Assembly (NCBI GenBank): GCA_973895155.1
Contig: OZ316899.1
Span: 12,058,834 to 12,122,833 of the forward strand
Source of the DNA: Marsupella aquatica
Lineage: Eukaryota > Plantae > Marchantiophyta
Reading direction: 5' to 3'
DNA: 64,000 bases
Positions within the stretch are counted from its first letter, which is position 1, and each line of letters begins with the position of its first letter. Made by a program: the position numbers and the translations under genes. The notes under the pieces were generated by a model. It ran no database searches, was not told where the DNA came from, and saw only the letters and a list, made by a program, of their open reading frames with translations. This document shows positions 12,087 to 26,201 of the stretch, one piece after another.

Positions 12087-14307
12087 TGAGAGTGTGGTTT
12101 TTGACTTGGAAAGTGGGAAGATGGAGATAGAGTTGAGCGAGTATCAGTACTCGCTCGTCTCTGAGATTGTCTATTCAAACACATAGTACAAATCTGTTGA
12201 CAAGAAGGTGAGACTCACCGCGATACCTTTGTCAGATAATGCGATAGAAGTGATGGAATGAGCCAGACTGGAACCGAGATTGAGACCCGAAGGTTGAATA
12301 GGGCATGAGTTTACCCAGGAGAGTCTAGCGAGACTCAGAATAGGTTCTGATGGGCTGCTTACTGAGGTGGAACAGGAAGCGTTTTAAAGGATGATTATGG
12401 AGCATGGCAAAGCTTTCTCGTTCTCGATTGATGAGATTGTGCAGATCCGAGTAAGGTGACACCGATGGTCATCTTCACTGTCTCGCATGTTCCGTGGGAT
12501 CTGAAGCCAATTGCCATTCCGCGGGCTTTGGCTCCAAAGCTGGCGGAATTATTGAAGGAAAAACTAAGTGCTGGGATTCTCAAGAGGTTGGATGCTCCAT
12601 ACTTGAACAGATGGTTTACGGTTCGGAAAAAGAATGGGAGTTTGAGGTTCATCCAAGATATGTAGCCGCCAAACAAAGTGACGATCAGGAATGTGGGAGT
12701 AGGACCACTCGTGGATGAATTTGCCAAGGAGTTTGCCGGGAGGGCAATCTACTCTATGGGTGATCTGTTTTTGGGCTATGATCAGTTTCAATTGTCACAG
12801 GAAAGTTGAGACATAACGACTATGAGGACTCCTTTGGGCCTCTTGCGAATGTGCACTCTTCTGCAAGGGGCAACTAACTCAATGGCGCATATGCAAAATG
12901 CGATGAGTAAAGTTCTGGAGCGGTTCATTCCAGAAAAGGCGAGACCATTTATTGATGATGTTCCGATTAAGGGATGCTTGGATGAGACTAAGGATGAGAC
13001 CTTGAGGAGTGATGGAATTTGGCAGTTTGTGTGGGACCACATTGTTGATGTCAAGGCCATTCTTGGAAAACAAATTGAGGTTGGACTTAGTCTTTCGGGG
13101 GAGAAGTCTGAGTTTGGAATGAAAGAGGTGAAGGTTGTTGGTCAAATGTGCGGAGCTTATGGGCGGAAACCAAACATGGATAAGGTGATGGCTATAAGTA
13201 AGATGAAGGATTGCGAGTTGGTGCCGGAAGTTTGAAGGTTTTTGGGTGCTTGTGTGTTTTACAAGATCTGGATTCCTCATTTCTCGCACCTTGCAGATCC
13301 GCTCTATGAGTTGCTGAGAAAACAAGTTAAGTGGGGATGGTTACCTGAACACAGTGAGGCATTGTCGAGGTTGAAGAGTGCTCTCATGAGCCCTCCGGTG
13401 CTTCGACCTGCGGGTTATGAGTGTGGGAGACCATTGGTAGTTACCATTGATGCAGGCCCATTCGCGGTTGGATGGGCTATTGGACAAGACAATGAGAAAG
13501 GCAAAAGGTATGCAATTAGATTTGGGGCTAAGATCTTTATAGAGAGACAAAGGAGATATGCCCAAGTGAAGTGGGAGCTTTGGGGTGCCAAAGTGGTGCT
13601 CCATCAAGAGAGGAATTACTTGATTGGATCCCCAGTGGTGATTGAGACTGATTGTCAATCATTACAGGGAATGATAGCAAGCTGCGATACGCCGGATATA
13701 GCGATGCTTAGATGGATTGCTTTCATTTGGATGTTTGACCTTGAGTTGAGTCATATTGCTGGAAAGGATAACCCGGTTGCTGACATGCTTTTGAGAGCCA
13801 GGTTTGGAAATGAGGTTGAGGCTTGAGTGAGTAGGGTGGCCAGTTATGAAGCTGATGGGAAGTTAGAGTTTAAGGAGGAACTCTATTTGGGAGAGTTGCT
13901 GGATGTTGGAAGGTATATCAGTACTCTTGAGAAGCGACCAGAATGGGATTACAAGGAGTTTGTAAGAATTCAAAAGAGGTCTTACAAATTCCTGTTGAAA
14001 GAGGGTTACCTGTGGCGAAGGTCGAAGGAACCAGGACTATTACTTCAAAGGGTTGTGGGTACAAAGGCAGAGAAAGACCGAATTCTGAAGGAGAGTCATG
14101 ATGCAGAAGTTGCTGGACACAGAGGGGTTCAAGCGACTTATGACAAAATCAGGAAGCTTTATTGGTGGCCTGGTTTGTACTTGAGCGTTCGGGATTATGT
14201 GGAAACTTGTGAAGTCTGCCAGTTCTATTCAAGGATCCGACATAGAGATGGGTTGGTTTTGACTTACCCGGTGGCACTACATTTTCAATGGGCAGTTGAT
14301 GTGGTGT
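12087..14307 (+). pseudogene. Element A pol: RT, RNase H and integrase Zn finger (decayed)
   Basis: Motifs YKSVDKKV; WFTVRKKNGSLRFIQD; LQGATNS; FIDD; IDAGP..GWAIGQ; H-x5-H...CEVCQ. The frame AVDVV|YMPK continues at 62501. Confidence 0.9.
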
Positions 14308-15127
14308 TGTGGAATGGTAAAAAGGAGCTATGGAGTGAAAGTGGTACATTTTAAAACATTTTAACCTTACTTGAAGCTTCTTCAGGTCTATCCGTCACCC
14401 CTTAATCCATTTTAAGCCTCAAAGGAACGTTCTGGAGAAAGTTGAGAAGTCTGAGTTTTGGATGAAACAATCGCTTTCAAAGAAATCCAAAAGAAATTGC
14501 TTTGGGAGGAAGCTGGATCTTACCTTTTAGGACCTTAAGTTTAGATGAGAAAAGGTTTTTAGGCTTTTAAACCTTTTGGCATCTCAAGCCTTTTGAGGGA
14601 GCCTACAATTGGACTCCCAAGACCATTTTCAATTTTCTTATCCTTTGAATGTTAATCTTTGACCATTTTGGGTCTTTCTCTCATGCAAATCTTGGGCTTA
14701 GGACGGAGGATTAAACTAAAAGGAAATGTACCCCACTTATACATGGAAAACATTACATCCGTCTCAAGTTCATGGATGAATGTCATAAGGAATATAGATT
14801 TTTAAGAGAAAAACTCTGATATCTAGGGAAAGGAGAATTGTAGTGAGTCATTGGATGTAAAACCATTCTCTTTTGAGTATATGGAAGTCCTTGATGAATG
14901 AAAATCAGATTACCTATGGATAAGAAGTTAAATTTTATAAATTTATTGATCTAAGAGTTTATTGGAGAATCGTTTTAGGATTCTGGAAACACAAATTGTA
15001 AAGAAATCTTTTTAAGATTTCGAACACCACAAAAGCGGAGTAAATTGCTTTCCTTATTCCTTACGGGACCAAATCTTTGTTGTTTTGAGCAAGATCACAC
15101 ACAATTGGTGTTGTTCTACTTACCACA
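14308..15127 (+). repeat. 5' LTR of element B
   Basis: Starts TGT, ends ACA, is followed by a PBS, and its 3' part is repeated at 62282-62495. Confidence 0.88.
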
Positions 15128-15136
15128 TATTCTTTT

Positions 15137-15154
15137 TGGCGCCGCTGCCGGGGA
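15137..15154 (+). promoter_or_regulatory. Primer-binding site (tRNA-Asp type, Athila-like)
   Basis: TGGCGCCGCTGCCGGGGA just downstream of the LTR. Confidence 0.8.
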
Positions 15155-15821
15155 ATAAATCAAAAGCAATTTATGAAAGAGGCCAAGTGAATTGGCCAAA
15201 AGAAAGATTGAAGTACAGACAAACAATCGATTTCAATATGATAAACGGATTGTACAAGACCAAGGGAGAAATTCACGACAAGAGGAGGATTCAGCAGGGA
15301 GACAATCGGATTGACTCCTGAAGGAACATATACTTTGTAAGTATGGACGATTCAATGCTCTTTGGCTTTCCTTTTACATTTAAAGTAAAACCCTTTTCAA
15401 TAGACAATGCTCCTTCAGCCTTAGTTAAGTTACTGAAAGAAAAGGCAAAAATGGAGATAGCAAAAGAGGATATTAAGGGGAAGACCAAGAAATCGCTTAG
15501 CAAAGTAAAAGCACCTGCTAGCAAAGGATCTCCATTACCACCTTTGAATTGAATGGACCTATTGGCCTTAAGGTAAGTAAATCTTTTCAATTAACCTTTT
15601 TTAATTTTAGTTAGGCTAGAAAAGTAAAGAGAGAAACCAATTCTTAGCAAAATTAACGGAGAAAGATTGGTAACAATCGGTTCAGACTGATACATCATTT
15701 TCTGTTTCTGTATTTTTCTTTCTTGCTTCCAATGAATTAATCGGTTGGGGAGAAAGATCGCTTCCTTTGTTTTAGAATTTTGGGATATGGCAAGAATCTT
15801 TAGTTTATATGCAGAGATTTC

Positions 15822-18800
15822 ATGAGTAGGGACATTACTAACCATTCTGAACGAGAAAAGAGATATAACAATCAGGAACAAAAGAAATTGACCCCACCTG
15901 AGGAGGGATCTTCCGGCGGAAGGTCAAGATCAAACTCAAGCGATAGAGGTAAGACTAGAATCACAAAGACTAAGCCAGTGCCATATGTTGATCTTACAAG
16001 ACATAGAAGTGAGAGGTACATTGAGGAAGATGTGGATAATTTAAATAGTCTTAGTGATTTTGAAGAGAGGGAACAATCTGTGGTACCAGAATCGCCTACT
16101 ATTGTCGAAAAGGTTCAACATTTAGAAGAGTTGGTGACTCAAGGTGTGCTTGAGGGAGAAAGGGCTAATCAATTGATAGGAAACTTAATCTCTAAAGGAT
16201 CTCTACTTGCGCCAATTAAGGTAGGAAAGAAATTGTTTGTTTCATTATCTTCTGGGTCCTCTAGTGTCCGTCCTCCTTCCATCATGACATCCTCTACAAG
16301 GCTGAAATATACGGATTTCAAAGGAAGAGGCCAAGATCCAGATGATTGGTTGGGCAAATTTTTGTCAACAGCCAAAACCAACAAGGAAAATGCGGATCAA
16401 GATCTTTTGCGGATTTTTGAAGGACTCATGAAAAATGAAGCACACAAATGGTATACTCTATCCCTTACCCCAGCTATTCAGGGTAGCTGGCCTGATTTGC
16501 AAAATGCTTTTAGGAAAGAATTTAGAGAAGCAGGAGCCACTTCTAGAGTGTTAGCTAGACTCACAAGAATTTGCATGAGAAAGAAAGACACATTGAGAAC
16601 TTATTCTCAGAATGTTAGGAAATTAATTCTTAAGATTAGACCTCTGCCTAGTGATGAGATGCAAACCAAGTATTTCACAGGAGGATTGCCTAGAGAGATG
16701 AATAGATATGTTAGAAGATCACACCCTGCCAATTTAGGAGAAGCGATTGAAGCGGCACAAGAGTTTGAAGATACTGAAATGTCTCAGAGAAAAGAATTGA
16801 GAAAAGAGGAGAAGAAAGAAAAGGAGAGACAGAAAAGAAAATGGAGCAAGAAAAGGTGAGGAGGTAAAAAGAAAGAAATAAGTTCTTCTAGTACCTCCTC
16901 TTTATCGTCACAGTCTAGTTCTTCCTCCTCCTCCTCTTCCTCCTCTTCATCATCCTCATCCAATGATGAGTCCACTCGCCATCGTAGAAACAGAGGAAAA
17001 GTATATCAGCCTACTAATAATGTGCTCAAGTCTCTCACAGGAGTGAAGAAAACCATTGATGAATTGAGTGGCAAATTTGATAAGCTTTCAATCAATTTGG
17101 CAGACAATATATCGCCCAAAGAGGAGGCCTGTTCCGATAAACCGACCAAATGTTTGGTGCGCTAGATGCAAAGAAAGAGGCCACTACCCAGTAGAGTGCC
17201 CACACATGGGGAGGCAAGCTCAATATATCGCAGAAGAATTGGATGAGCCAACCTACTATGCAGAAGAACAAGAAGAGATTGACTGGTACATGGTCAATAA
17301 TCCCCCGCCTGTGAGAAGGCCAATGGGACCACCTAGGCCACCAATGGGTTGGGGTATGGGTGGAAGCATGATGCCCAGGCCCATGACAATGAGACCTCCT
17401 GTCAAACCTCCAATGGAACCACCCAGAGGCTATCCACCTTGTACAAAGAGAATCCCAGGACCTGCTACCCCGCCTGCTACAATTGTGGAGTAGCGGGACA
17501 CTATGCACTAGAGTGCCCTTACCCAAAGGCACCTTATGCATATACCCCTATTTGTGGGAACTTTGGAGAAGAGGGCCACCTTCCGATCGAATGCCCCAAA
17601 CCGGTGCAGCCAAAGTTGATGGTGAAGTATGTGATGGATCCGGAGAAGAAAGAAACGGCGGAAGTCCGGATGATGTTTCTGGAAGACACACACCTCATAA
17701 CTGAGGAGGAGGTCAACCCTGAGGAATAGATTCCAGTATATTGGACCACAACCCAAAGTACCAAAAGGAAAGAGCTGCTCAAGAATACCCGAAGCGATTC
17801 TCCAGCCGCACCAATCGCTTTGCCGAAAAGCGATTCTTCCCACTCACCGATTGCTTTTCCTCAGAAACATGCAAAGAAGGCTAAAGCGAATGAACAACCG
17901 CCTGGAGGTAAGCAGAAGGAGGGACTTCCCAAGGGATTAGACCCAGCATATGACAGGTATGAACCTAAGTACTTTATTTGTGACATATCTTCAGAAGCTC
18001 AAGAGTACATTGAAAAAGAAGTCACGAATCAGACTTCTAAAGAGCGAGTGCCACTTAAACAAGTCACTTTTCAAGATGGATTAAAATTTGAGGTGTTAGA
18101 GTAGATGAGAAGTTAGGATATAATATGGTTAACGATGTGGCTAGCACTCCAGCTAATGTTACCTTTGGAGAGTTGTTGAGGGATAATGCCTTGTATAGGA
18201 AGCAGCTTAAACCTCTGTTGGATAGTAGGCGTAGGAAGTATACAATGCCTCCTATGTCTGTAAATTTTACTGAGATAGAGGATTTTGGAGCCCCAGATGT
18301 GGAGTTACAAATCGATGGATGTCTTGTTAGAAGTGTACCTATTGATGGGGGGTCTGGAGTCAATATAATGATAGCACAAACAGCAAGATCATTGGGATTT
18401 AGTAAGTTTGAAGCAACCCCTCGCGTTCTTAGAATGGCAGATCAATCTAGGGTCTTTCCTTTAGGGAAGTTAGGGAACATAGAGGTTATCATAGGAGGGT
18501 TATCTGTTGTACTATTTTTTTTGATAATTGACCCCCCTACCCCATCTACTTTCCCTATCCTGTTAGGTAGACCATGGCTCTATAAGGCCAAAGTCAAGGT
18601 GAATTGGGCTAACAAAACCTTTTCTTTTGGGCACCCCAAAGTCATCTTGTCTTGGGATAAAGTGCAGCATCTGGGTGAGACCATGTCGTCCAATCCGGGA
18701 TACACTTTGGATGATAGTACCTCAACAGTGGAATCAAGATGGGTAGACGAGATGATGAAGCTCAAAGAGGAAGATTTTAAGTTTGAGGAGGATGTTCGAT

Positions 18801-19422
18801 ACTTGGAGGTCTACACCTACTCAACCGGTGGAGATGAAGAGGTCAGGCAAGTCCACGAGACAAATTCTCCAGAAAGGTCTGAAATTCCCTCTTCCAATCC
18901 TACTCCGATTCTTGCACCTAAACCGATTTTTACACCTAAAGCAATTCTTCCACCTCTTTCGGAACCGAAACCGATTGAGGAGATGGAAGAATAGCAATTA
19001 CAGAAACCTAAGGAAGGGGACGTAGCCCTAGGGAAGAGTACTGCCTACTTTGAGGAATCTGCTAGTATGACTGAGGGCATGGTGGAAAAGACTCAATATG
19101 TTAAACTGGAGTTAGAACCCAATAAAACCTTTAATATAGAAAGGGCATTAGATGATGTGGCTAGGCAAGAATATAAATCTTTATTACAAGAATATAAGGA
19201 TGTTTTTGCTTGGAGCCACCATGACCTTAAAGGCATTTCCACTACCTTAGGCAAACATAGGATAGACCTGGTAGAAGGAGCAATTCCTATAAGGCAACGT
19301 TAGTATCGATTAAACCCTAAGTATTCTCTCATGGTTAAAACCAAATTAGACAAGTTGCTAGAGGCTGGTTTCATTTATCCCGTCCTAAGTAGTGAGTAGG
19401 TTTCCCCTATAATGATAGTTCC
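15822..19422 (+). pseudogene. Element B gag (CCHC knuckles), protease and start of RT
   Basis: Motifs DPDDWL...WY...F; CARCKERGHYPVEC; CYNCGVAGHYALEC; IDGGSGVN; ILLGRPWL; YKDVFAWS; SE*VSP. Confidence 0.9.
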
Positions 19423-22400
19423 TGTCAGACCCTTGCTTATGAGCTAATAAGCCTTATTGTACTAAAAGCTTGCACTTGATAGCTCTTTATCACCAGGAAC
19501 TACGGGAGGGACGCTCCATAAGAAGGAACTACATGCTAGACCACAAGGGCCTCAAGATTTCATGTGAGTGCACATCAACAATTTCTTTCCCAGAAACGTG
19601 CTGAAATTTCATAAGAATTTCAAAGGAAGTACATGGGTAGGTTGTCACTACCTACTTGCTATACTTTAGCTTCTTCAACTCCTACTACTTAACACTATGG
19701 TCCTTTCAAGCCTCAAGGCATACACTTGAGTTCTAGTACCCCTAGAACATCTACCTTAGTTCCCCTAAGGTCTCTTAGTGCTACTCCTTGATTCTCCATA
19801 CTTGGACCCACACAAAGTAACTCACACCAACTTAAGTACTCCTTGCTTGGCTTCAACTCATCACAAAGTCCAAAACCACCCCAAAGGCCAGCAAGTGACT
19901 CACCACTAAAAAAAGACCAGCCCGCCTTTCCAGGGGGTCAAAGATCCTTACTTATCCTCCTAACTATCTCACTAACTCACTTGTTTGTCTTACCTAACTA
20001 ATGAGCTAGTTGATGGCCTTTTGAAAGCCTAAATCAACTCCTTGATTTTAGTCCTTCATTCAGGTCCACCTCACCTCCTGACTTGGCTGTCCTATCCCTC
20101 CAAATCAGGGACTAAGTCAGCCTCCAAAGTACAGTCATCCCTATCTACCAAATAGCTCTAAAAATAGTAGAGGGATCAACTTCCAATGGCCCTCCAAGTT
20201 CCTCCAAAGTCTCCATGTAACTCAGGTCCTTAGGTACCCTCCATGTTGGCTTTAAGGACTCCAATCCTTAACCTCCTTATTCCTGGACTCCAGAACCAGC
20301 CTAGGTCCCCTTGACATGAAAGAGCCCTTCTCCAGGCCTCACCCATCTGATTAGGGCCTTGCGAATGACCCAAGCATGGTACCTCCTTACCGTACTGGTT
20401 AGTGGCTTGGTAATCTGGTTGTCCTTTCTGAAATGCTTGAGGTACACCTTGGTGAAAGCCCTCAGATTTGAACTTCTGCCCCTCTTGTCCACCTTTGAGC
20501 AAGCTAGGTATTGGGCCAGCCAAATGTCGGGGTCGGCATTTGCTCTCCCATGCTTACTCCACAAGGTGAACTTAGCCTTGTGGACCAGGGGAGGAAAATG
20601 CTGATCAGGCAGCCCTCTTGGATCAGGAACTCTGGGATCAGCCATGCACTTTTATTGTAGTCCCACTTGACCTCCTTTTAGAGCCTTACCACGATCGAAA
20701 CCTCTCAAGTAGCTGGCAATATCAAACTGTTATACAACCTGATTTCCAAGAGAATCTTAGTGAACTCCCAATCCTCCTAGCTTGTGCCAGCCTCTAGCCA
20801 CCGTCGATAGCTTTCCAATGTATTTAAAAGTACTTTGATTGAGTCTAAACTAAGCGAGTTATTCAGGTTTCAGCAGAACCCATCGATATCGTCACTTTAA
20901 ACTAGGGTCAGCCTTATCTCAAGGCTCAGTTACTGGTGTAAACTCGGTTTGCTTGACCCTGCATGTGTAAACTCAGGTGTACAAAGCCAAACAGTAACCC
21001 CGTGAGACTACAAACGTAAAGGCCCAGTACTCCTGTGAAATATAAGCCCTGGTCTTGACAGTAAGTGCATGGGTGAACGGAGAGAGAGAACTCATGGAAA
21101 TAGGAGAATGAATGCTTTCAATCTATGGCAGAGTCAACTGCCTGATTCAGTTTGGAGCAAGGAGAGAACTAAGCTAGAACTTAGAGAACTGAACTTGTTT
21201 GAAGGGATCGTGGGTTATTTGAAGGAAGTCTGGCCAGTGCTTCCGTTGTCGTGCCGAAAGATTTCGGCTCAGGAATGGCTTTTATAGGGGATGATGGGCA
21301 AGGCCTCCCGGTTGGGTTGCGTGCATGCGGACTTAGAGGGGCTGCTTGGTTGATTGAATTGAGGTTTGGTGATTGGGTGACTCGTCATCACCAGGTTTGG
21401 TGTTTGGGTGAGTCACCAGGCTTGGAGTTTGGATGAGCCTCGCTGCTGGCAGCTGGCTCAGGTTGGATGGTTGGGTTTCCGATGCTACTTAAGACCTTGA
21501 GCCTCGGCTCATTGAGGTTGGCGGTTGTCTATTGACATCTGTTGAGTTGCATTTTATGGGTTCCGCTCCGTTCTACGGAACTCAACTGTTGTGCGGCGGT
21601 TTTGGAGTTCCGAGTGAGTTTTCAATCCAGGTGGGGAGTTTTCGATCCAGGAGGGGAATTTCTCGAGTCTGGAGTCTCGTTGATCCAGGCGGGGATTTCT
21701 TGAGTTTGGAGTCTTGTCGATCCAGGCGAGGATTTCTCGAGTTTGGAGCCTCGTTGGTCCAGGCCCGAGTTCCGTGCGAGCTATTTTAGACTAGTGGAGT
21801 AGCTAGTCGAGTTTTTGGTTTTGTGAGCTAAGGAGGATAGTTTTTCCATCAGATTTTGAGTAGTTAGTCACTCTAGGAGTTCTACTCGACAAGTTAGAGG
21901 TAGCGGCCCGCCGTAGGGCCAGCTACCAGACTCTTGCGGGCAAGCTTACTCGAGGGCACCTATTGTAACCTTTGTGAGAAAAGTAAAAAATATAAAGGAG
22001 TGAGAGTTTGCTCCAAAAAGTGCTTGTCACCTGTCCCGATCGCAGCCAAAAACACGTAGTTTGCCCGAGGAGCCCCTAACTTTAAGTCCTTGCGACATTG
22101 GCGACCATACACTAGTACAGAATTCATCCTTAATCCAATTCTCCTCAAATCGGACCCCTTCGGCGGATTGTTGCAGTTTTTACCGATGTTCCGATTGAAG
22201 TCGCATCATATCATCCAATCCCCAAACAATCGGGTTAGCGTTATCGGACCGAGATTGGACTTGTCCAATTAAACTAGTATCGGAAAGACGCATTCAATTC
22301 AAAAGAAATGGCAAAAAATTGTCCAATTATGTGAGAATGGCATGACCATTTCCAAGGACTTCGCAATCGGAAACTATTGTGCTATTGTACTACAATGGGA

Positions 22401-22593
22401 CAGGGGTCCCAATTAGAATCAAATCAAAAATTGAAGTGCAATTACCCCAATCGGCGGCCCTAGTGCTGCCCCGGCCTGATCCTACTCCTCCACGGGTTGC
22501 ATATCACTAGCTAACTGGTGTATTCTTTTGTGTGAGGCTTCAAGTCTTAGCAAGACTGTGGGCTACTAGAGATGTGGGCTACTAGAGAAGTCA

Positions 22594-22647
22594 GGTCACC
22601 CATCCCAAACACTATTCCTCTCAATAGGTGCTTAACTTCCTAGTTCT
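22594..22647 (-). pseudogene. 5S rRNA-like fragment (internal control region) in the leader of element E
   Basis: ggtcacccatccc..actattcctctcaataggtgcttaacttcctagttct resembles the reverse complement of plant 5S (ggtcacccatcctagtactactctcgcccaagcacgcttaactgcggagttct). Confidence 0.55.
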
Positions 22648-23750
22648 TAGCTCTTGCGTTGTACATGCAACCTTCGGCACATTTTATGTTTCTTATAGAG
22701 TGCCTGGGGTTTTTATACACCTCTGAGTTCATTTAGATCCACAGTTTGGGCCAATTCTTGATGAATTCTTGCGTATCATGACATTGGGTTGTGTGGTCAA
22801 TTATGAAAGCTCTATGTTGACCATATGGGAACCAATTTACCTATCAATGTTAGATCGCCAAACAAACCAATGTCCTCCTCAAATTGCTACAATTCCTTTT
22901 GGGGCGTGGTTAAGTTCATTTAGGGATACAATATATATAGAATTTTGACCTAGATGACAATGAAGACAACTGTTTTTGTTGACTGCAAGAATTTTTTTCA
23001 TCGAGTCAAAAGGCTTTGACTTACAATTTAACGAAAACTTTTGGTAACCATTATAGGGTAGTGCATTGTAAAGATAGGAATGGCCATTGGCATAAGATTT
23101 CTCATCCTAGGAACACAGACTACAAAGGCTATGCTACACATGATTCAGGACCGGTCAATACTTTCCATGAGTAGATGAGGGATGACCCTGGCCTTGCCAA
23201 AGGTTCCAATTCTAAATGAATCGTAGACACACTTCCAATTCCCAAAGAGTTGGACCACAAAGTCCATTGCACCAACAATTGGACCAAGATCTCATTGTAT
23301 TTGTATTGCAAATATGAATCCCATTGCCTACCACTTGGAAACAATTGTCCAATCCTGAAAACCTTGGAATATCCAATTCCATGCGCATAAAAAACTTCCA
23401 ATTTGTATTGAATGGCAACTTCCAATTCTAATTTGATCGGAAAACGTGCTTACGTTTTTCTTTGGAAAGGGGTTCCAATTCATCTAGCATTGGAGAAGAA
23501 TCGGACCAAGCGGTCCAATTGTTTTTGGCTTTGACAAACAATCCAACTTTTCCTACATCGTAGTGACGGCCCGTTTGTGATTGAGTTGGAATGGTGATAG
23601 TCTGATTCTAGTTTAATGGCAAGGTCCGATATGCGTTGGCTTGGACGGTTGGATCATACATCCAATTAGAATAGAATCGGAAACCTTGGCATCATCGAAA
23701 GGTGAGAATCGGACTAGGCCCCAAAATGTACTAGTGATACTGGGGATTCC

Positions 23751-26201
23751 TTGGGGCGATTGGATGAGATGGGTGACAAAGTCGATCGGATATCGAGCAT
23801 TGTCATGTCAATGATAAGAACCATAAGGAAGGAAGAGCTTGAGTCAGAAAGGGCAAACAGGGAAGCGAATAGAACTACTCGGTGTCTCCAAGAGGTTTTG
23901 AAGGAGAATGGGCAGTTCGATGGGAGAAATGTGACAAGCTACCTTAAGTCTTACTTGACAGAAGCAACTGTCTACAAGTTGGACAAAGGGACAGTCGTGA
24001 AAGAGTTCATGGTGCTGGTTGAGAAGGAGTCGAGTTCGACGGTGCGGACCATTGTTGAGTCAGCTGAGGGCTGGGATGACTTCGACCAGAAGATGAAAGA
24101 GGAGTTCCAAGCGAAGGATGCTGATCGGGTCACGCAGGCTACCTTCTTGGATTGGGTGAATGACAGGAACAAGAAGCTGAAGGGGCCGCAAGAGCTCCTA
24201 AGGGAGTTCAAGAGAAGGGTGTCTCAGTTACCGAAGCGGGATGTGGGAATCATTGAGTTGCAGCGCTCGACGCTCTTCTTGAGGGCAGCCAATGAGGACC
24301 TTCGAGAGGAGCTTGAGAATGCGATGGAGCTGTTGGAACCTTCAAGAGTTACCTCATCTAACGACTGGAACCAAGTTGAGAAAGCGGTGTCGAAAGTGAG
24401 CAATCGACACCGGCGGCGAGAGCTAGACAAGGAGGCTACCACTCTCGACCTAAGGCCATCGGAACCAATATTGAGGAAAGGGAAGCGAGAACCAGCAAAG
24501 GATGAGATCAAGCCATCGGTGGATGATCTCACGGAAATGATGCAGAACCTGAAGATCTTGGCAGCACATGCGGTCGAGAATCCAAAACCGAGGGTTGCGA
24601 GTGCTCCCGAGAGGAAGCAAGAGATGCAGAGTTGGCCATGCATGTGGTGCGACAACAAAGAGAATGACAAACGGGAGTGCCTGGACCTGAGGGAAGCTAC
24701 GGATAAAGGGCTGATCAAGTTTGTCGGTGAAGTTGGTCAGAAAAAGATATCGTTTGCCGATACTGAGGAGCCGATTCCATTCAACTCCAACAAGGGAGGC
24801 ACGAAGGCTTTGGCTGAGAAGCGAGTTGGGAAGCGAGTTGAAGAGGCGTCCTCTTCGCACCTGGAAGCAAATGTTTACAATGTGGAGTTGGATGGCCCCG
24901 TGACGGAAACGGACAAGTTTTACAAGCGCTTGGCGGATCTGGTGCAAGAGAGATCCGGATGGAGTGACCCGGTGCTGATCAATGTGATAACGGTTGAGGT
25001 TGGGGCTAGTTGGGATGCCTCGGTCGAGTCAAAAAGGAAGAAAACCGACAAGGATGACACTCCGTCTCAATCAGGGGAACGAGAGAGGCGGGATACTTGA
25101 GACAAGGAAAGGAGGGTTAGGTTTGAAGAAGAGGAAATGAGCGAGAAAGAGCTGGAAAAAGGGAAACCAATCAGGAAGGACCCGGGCTGGGTGCTTGGCA
25201 GGGACGTGGACCAGGCCATGTACCCGGAGGTTGTAGCTGAGAAGTTTTGGAGCCAACAGGCTCACGGGTTTACCAACGCCAAGTTCTTTGGCAGTATGAG
25301 GCGGGAGATCCAGGAAGCAATCTTGGAGAGATCCAAGAGGAAACGGATTTACAAAGAGGGCCCTCACACCTTGATGGGGGAGGCTGGCGAGACGGAAATT
25401 GGGAGTTTCCGAACTTACACTGCTGGGGTGTCCATGGGTTCAGGTAGTAAGCTTGCCGGCCCCAAAGAGTCAGACTTGGGGGAACCGAAGAGGGTCATGT
25501 CCCTTGAAGAGGAGCTCATGAACTTGGACAATGAGTTCTTCAATGCGGAAGAGGAGCTCATGGGAACCGGAAGCGAAACTGAGTCTGTGGCAAACAGGGA
25601 CCCAACCAAAGGGGGAGAACGGGAAAGCATTACCGCGTAGTCAAGGACCATTCATGTCATCGGCTCAATGAAAGGAAATGGTTATGCTTACCGAGATGGA
25701 TACTGGGCTCGAGCAAGTCCGGAGAGCGAGTGCCAGTTGGAAGGAATGGAAGGCAAGGCGCGAGCGCTCATTGATACTGGCTCGGATATCAACTTGATGG
25801 ATCCAAAGGTGTTTCAAAAGGGGAATTGGCCGGTGGACAATGAGTTGCTTTGGAGTGTGAACTTGGTGAGTTCAATGAAGGACTATCTTTGGGGCGGATG
25901 TCCGAATGTGATGATGAAGTTTGGGAATGTCAAGCAGGCTTGTAACATTTTTGTTCATGAGCACTTGTCGTTTCCAGTGATATTGGGCATACGGGAGAGA
26001 GTGAAGGTTTGCAAGAGGAGGACCGAGAAGGGAATGGACTCAAGTTCCGACTTGAGTGAATTTGAAGACGAGGCACTGGTCCAAGCGCATCCGTTGGACT
26101 TGAGTTTCAAAAGTGGCTTGACTGGTTCTGATTCGGATAAGTTGGACTTCGAGTTTCTGGAAAGTGGAGTGCCTAAGGCCAAGTCTGAAGGCTTTGGGTA
26201 G
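23751..26201 (+). pseudogene. Element E gag and protease, fused to the integrase tail
   Basis: Motifs FDGRNVTSYL; CMWCD..C; ALIDTGSDINLM. After FPVILG the sequence jumps to RERVKVCKRRT..SSSDLSE, which matches the end of A integrase (63315-63410). Confidence 0.85.

Noticed and set aside
23129-23425. Cys/Trp-rich short ORFs as a captured host gene fragment
   Set aside because: No domain could be recognised with confidence.
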